Source: Hungateiclostridiaceae bacterium UBA1305
Lineage (GTDB): Bacteria; Bacillota; Clostridia; Acetivibrionales; DTU013
Direction: 5' to 3'
Assembly: GCA_002307275.1 (NCBI GenBank)
Contig: DBTX01000072.1
Location: 57,454 to 121,453, forward strand
Length of the DNA stretch: 64,000 nt
Positions 62,285 through 64,000 of the stretch are shown piece by piece. Both the position numbers and the translations under genes were made by a program. Position 1 is the stretch's first letter. Every line of letters begins with the position of its first letter. Below the pieces are notes generated by a model. It did no database searches. It was not told the DNA's origin and saw only the letters and a list, made by a program, of their open reading frames with translations.

Positions 62285-64000
62285 ATGAAATTTAGCAATG
62301 GATGTTGGTTACAAAAAAAAGGAACAGAATGTTTCACTCCGCAACAAGTGTATTTTTCCAGGAATGAAAAGGATTGCGTTACTCTTTGTGCGCCGACTAC
62401 CCGGATTAATCGTAGAGGTGATACATTAGGAGGAGTTAATTTAACGATAAAAATCTCTTCTCCCATGCCGGAAGTTATCAGAGTTCAGACTTATCATTAT
62501 ATGGGAGTCGCAGCAAAAACCCCCGAGTTTGAAATTACTGTTGATGAAAATACGAATATGCAGGCAGCAGAAAATGATGCTGAAATTATTGTATCAAGCG
62601 GAAGTTTAAAATTAGTTATCACAAAACAAAACTGGTCCATGACATATGAAAGAGATGGCAGGCAGCTAACGAAGAGTGTGTTGAGGGACCTGGCTTATAT
62701 GAAGACAGACTGGAAAGGTCTGGCTTATGATGATGGCGGGGAGGACAATACCTACATGCGCCAGCAGTTAAGCTTATCCGTCGGTGAATTGGTGTATGGC
62801 CTGGGAGAGCATTTTACTCCTTTTGTTAAAAATGGACAGACTGTTGATATTTGGAATGCGGATGGCGGAACTTCTACAGAACAGTCCTACAAGAACATTC
62901 CATTTTATATAACGAATAAGGGCTATGGCGTGTTTGTGAACCATCCGGAACAGGTTTCTTTTGAAATTGGTTCAGAACATGTAACGAAAGTAGGATTCAG
63001 CGTTCCGGGTGAAAGCCTGGATTACTTCTTTATCAATGGACCCACAATGAAAGAGGTATTGACCAGATATACGGATCTGACCGGAAAGCCATCCCTTCCT
63101 GCACCCTGGACATTTGGCCTGTGGTTATCCACCTCCTTTACTACAAATTACGATGAAGCAACTGTTAACACCTTTGTAGATGGCATGCTCGAGAGAGGGA
63201 TTCCTCTGCGGGTATTCCATTTCGACTGCTTCTGGATGAAGGATTTTTGCTGGTCGGACTTTACCTGGGACAGCCGTGTATTCCCGGATCCCGTTGGCAT
63301 GCTTCAACGTCTGAAAGAAAAAGGATTAAAAATCTGTGTATGGATCAACTCTTATATCGCACAGGAATCTACTCTGTTTAAAGAGGGCATGGAAGGCGGA
63401 TACTTTATCAAATGTCCAAACGGAAACGTATGGCAGTGGGATATGTGGCAGCCGGGTATGGCTATTGTTGATTTTACAAATCCCAATGCATGTAAATGGT
63501 TTAGCGATAAGCTGGAAGCATTATTGGATATGGGTGTGGACTGCTTTAAAACAGACTTCGGCGAGAGAATTCCAACCGACGTGGTTTATTATGACGGTTC
63601 GGATCCGATTAAAATGCATAACTACTATACCTATTTGTATAACAAGACCGTTTATGATCTGCTGGAGAGAAAACGCGGTAAGGGTGAGGCAGTATTGTTT
63701 GCCAGATCTGCAACTGTTGGCGGACAAAAATTCCCTGTGCACTGGGGCGGAGACTGCTGGTCGGATTATGAATCCATGGAAGAGAGCTTACGCGGCGGTC
63801 TATCGTTAATGATGTCCGGATTCGGTTTCTGGAGCCATGACATCGGTGGATTTGAGAATACTTCTACCGCCGATGTTTATAAACGTTGGGCGGCATTTGG
63901 ATTATTATCCTCTCACAGCCGTCTGCATGGGAGCTCCTCATACCGTGTACCCTGGGCTTATGACGAGGAAGCGGTAGATGTAGTACGTTTCTTTACCAAA
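62285..64000 (+). CDS. GH31 alpha-xylosidase (YicI-like), 3' end off-window
   Basis: Hand translation from the ATG at 62285 stays open to the window end. MKFSNGCWLQKKG.. start, and GH31 motifs WMKDFCWSDFTWD, KTDFGERIP and HWGGDC. Absent from the ORF track because it has no stop. Confidence 0.85.
   Translation, partial: MKFSNGCWLQKKGTECFTPQQVYFSRNEKDCVTLCAPTTRINRRGDTLGGVNLTIKISSPMPEVIRVQTYHYMGVAAKTPEFEITVDENTNMQAAENDAEIIVSSGSLKLVITKQNWSMTYERDGRQLTKSVLRDLAYMKTDWKGLAYDDGGEDNTYMRQQLSLSVGELVYGLGEHFTPFVKNGQTVDIWNADGGTSTEQSYKNIPFYITNKGYGVFVNHPEQVSFEIGSEHVTKVGFSVPGESLDYFFINGPTMKEVLTRYTDLTGKPSLPAPWTFGLWLSTSFTTNYDEATVNTFVDGMLERGIPLRVFHFDCFWMKDFCWSDFTWDSRVFPDPVGMLQRLKEKGLKICVWINSYIAQESTLFKEGMEGGYFIKCPNGNVWQWDMWQPGMAIVDFTNPNACKWFSDKLEALLDMGVDCFKTDFGERIPTDVVYYDGSDPIKMHNYYTYLYNKTVYDLLERKRGKGEAVLFARSATVGGQKFPVHWGGDCWSDYESMEESLRGGLSLMMSGFGFWSHDIGGFENTSTADVYKRWAAFGLLSSHSRLHGSSSYRVPWAYDEEAVDVVRFFTK

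Noticed and set aside
63336-63809. 157-aa plus-strand ORF listed in the track
   Set aside because: It is an alternative frame inside the GH31 alpha-xylosidase gene. The true frame (from 62285) is missing from the track only because it has no stop within the window.

Overview
This 64-kb window comes from a low-GC, endospore-forming Firmicute. The gene content is Clostridia-like: alpha/beta SASP, CotF-type coat proteins, PrkA-YhbH-SpoVR, RqcH and a DUF421/DUF4363 pair. I call about 60 protein genes, 2 tRNAs, one clear riboswitch and two leader or attenuator candidates.

Layout:
- 0-19.7 kb is a conserved housekeeping block: priA (5'-truncated by the window edge), def, fmt, DUF116, rsmB, rlmN, stp, prkC, rsgA, rpe and thiN. 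It continues with an Nramp transporter, an aminotransferase, rqcH, infC-rpmI-rplT and a TrmH-family methylase.
- 19.7-34 kb starts with a yybP-ykoY Mn riboswitch in front of a UPF0016 exporter and a CaCA antiporter. It then carries DUF421/DUF4363, Trk K+ uptake genes, an NhaD/ArsB-type permease, coat and SASP genes, and a PyrR-like leader with a uracil permease. An MGDG-synthase-type glycosyltransferase, a DUF342 protein and a D-Ala-D-Ala carboxypeptidase follow.
- 34-49 kb holds a B12/radical-SAM protein and an orphan three-gene TadE/TadG-like operon. After these come stand-alone TrpB2, a membrane protein, prkA-yhbH-spoVR and tRNA-Val.
- 49-55.9 kb holds a lipoprotein and a nucleoside/S-adenosylhomocysteine salvage cluster: punA, an HTH-methyltransferase fusion, a PfkB kinase, ahcY and mtaD.
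- 55.8-61.2 kb holds tRNA-Thr followed by a decayed ~5.3-kb integrative island. The island is bounded by 65-bp direct repeats and carries broken integrase and fic genes, VbhA-like antitoxins and a BroN-Fic fusion.
- 61.2-64 kb holds an IS3-type remnant, an esterase and a GH31 alpha-xylosidase that runs off the window.

Most worth a second look:
- the orphan Tad-like trio at 36.3-40.8 kb;
- the HTH-MTase with 11-bp tandem repeats inside the SAH cluster;
- a 35-nt hairpin element present in two transcripts, one copy apparently splitting a PyrR box;
- a 15-unit heptanucleotide array in the def-fmt leader;
- the structure of the tRNA-Thr island.

All calls come from reading the sequence and the ORF track. 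No database search was possible.
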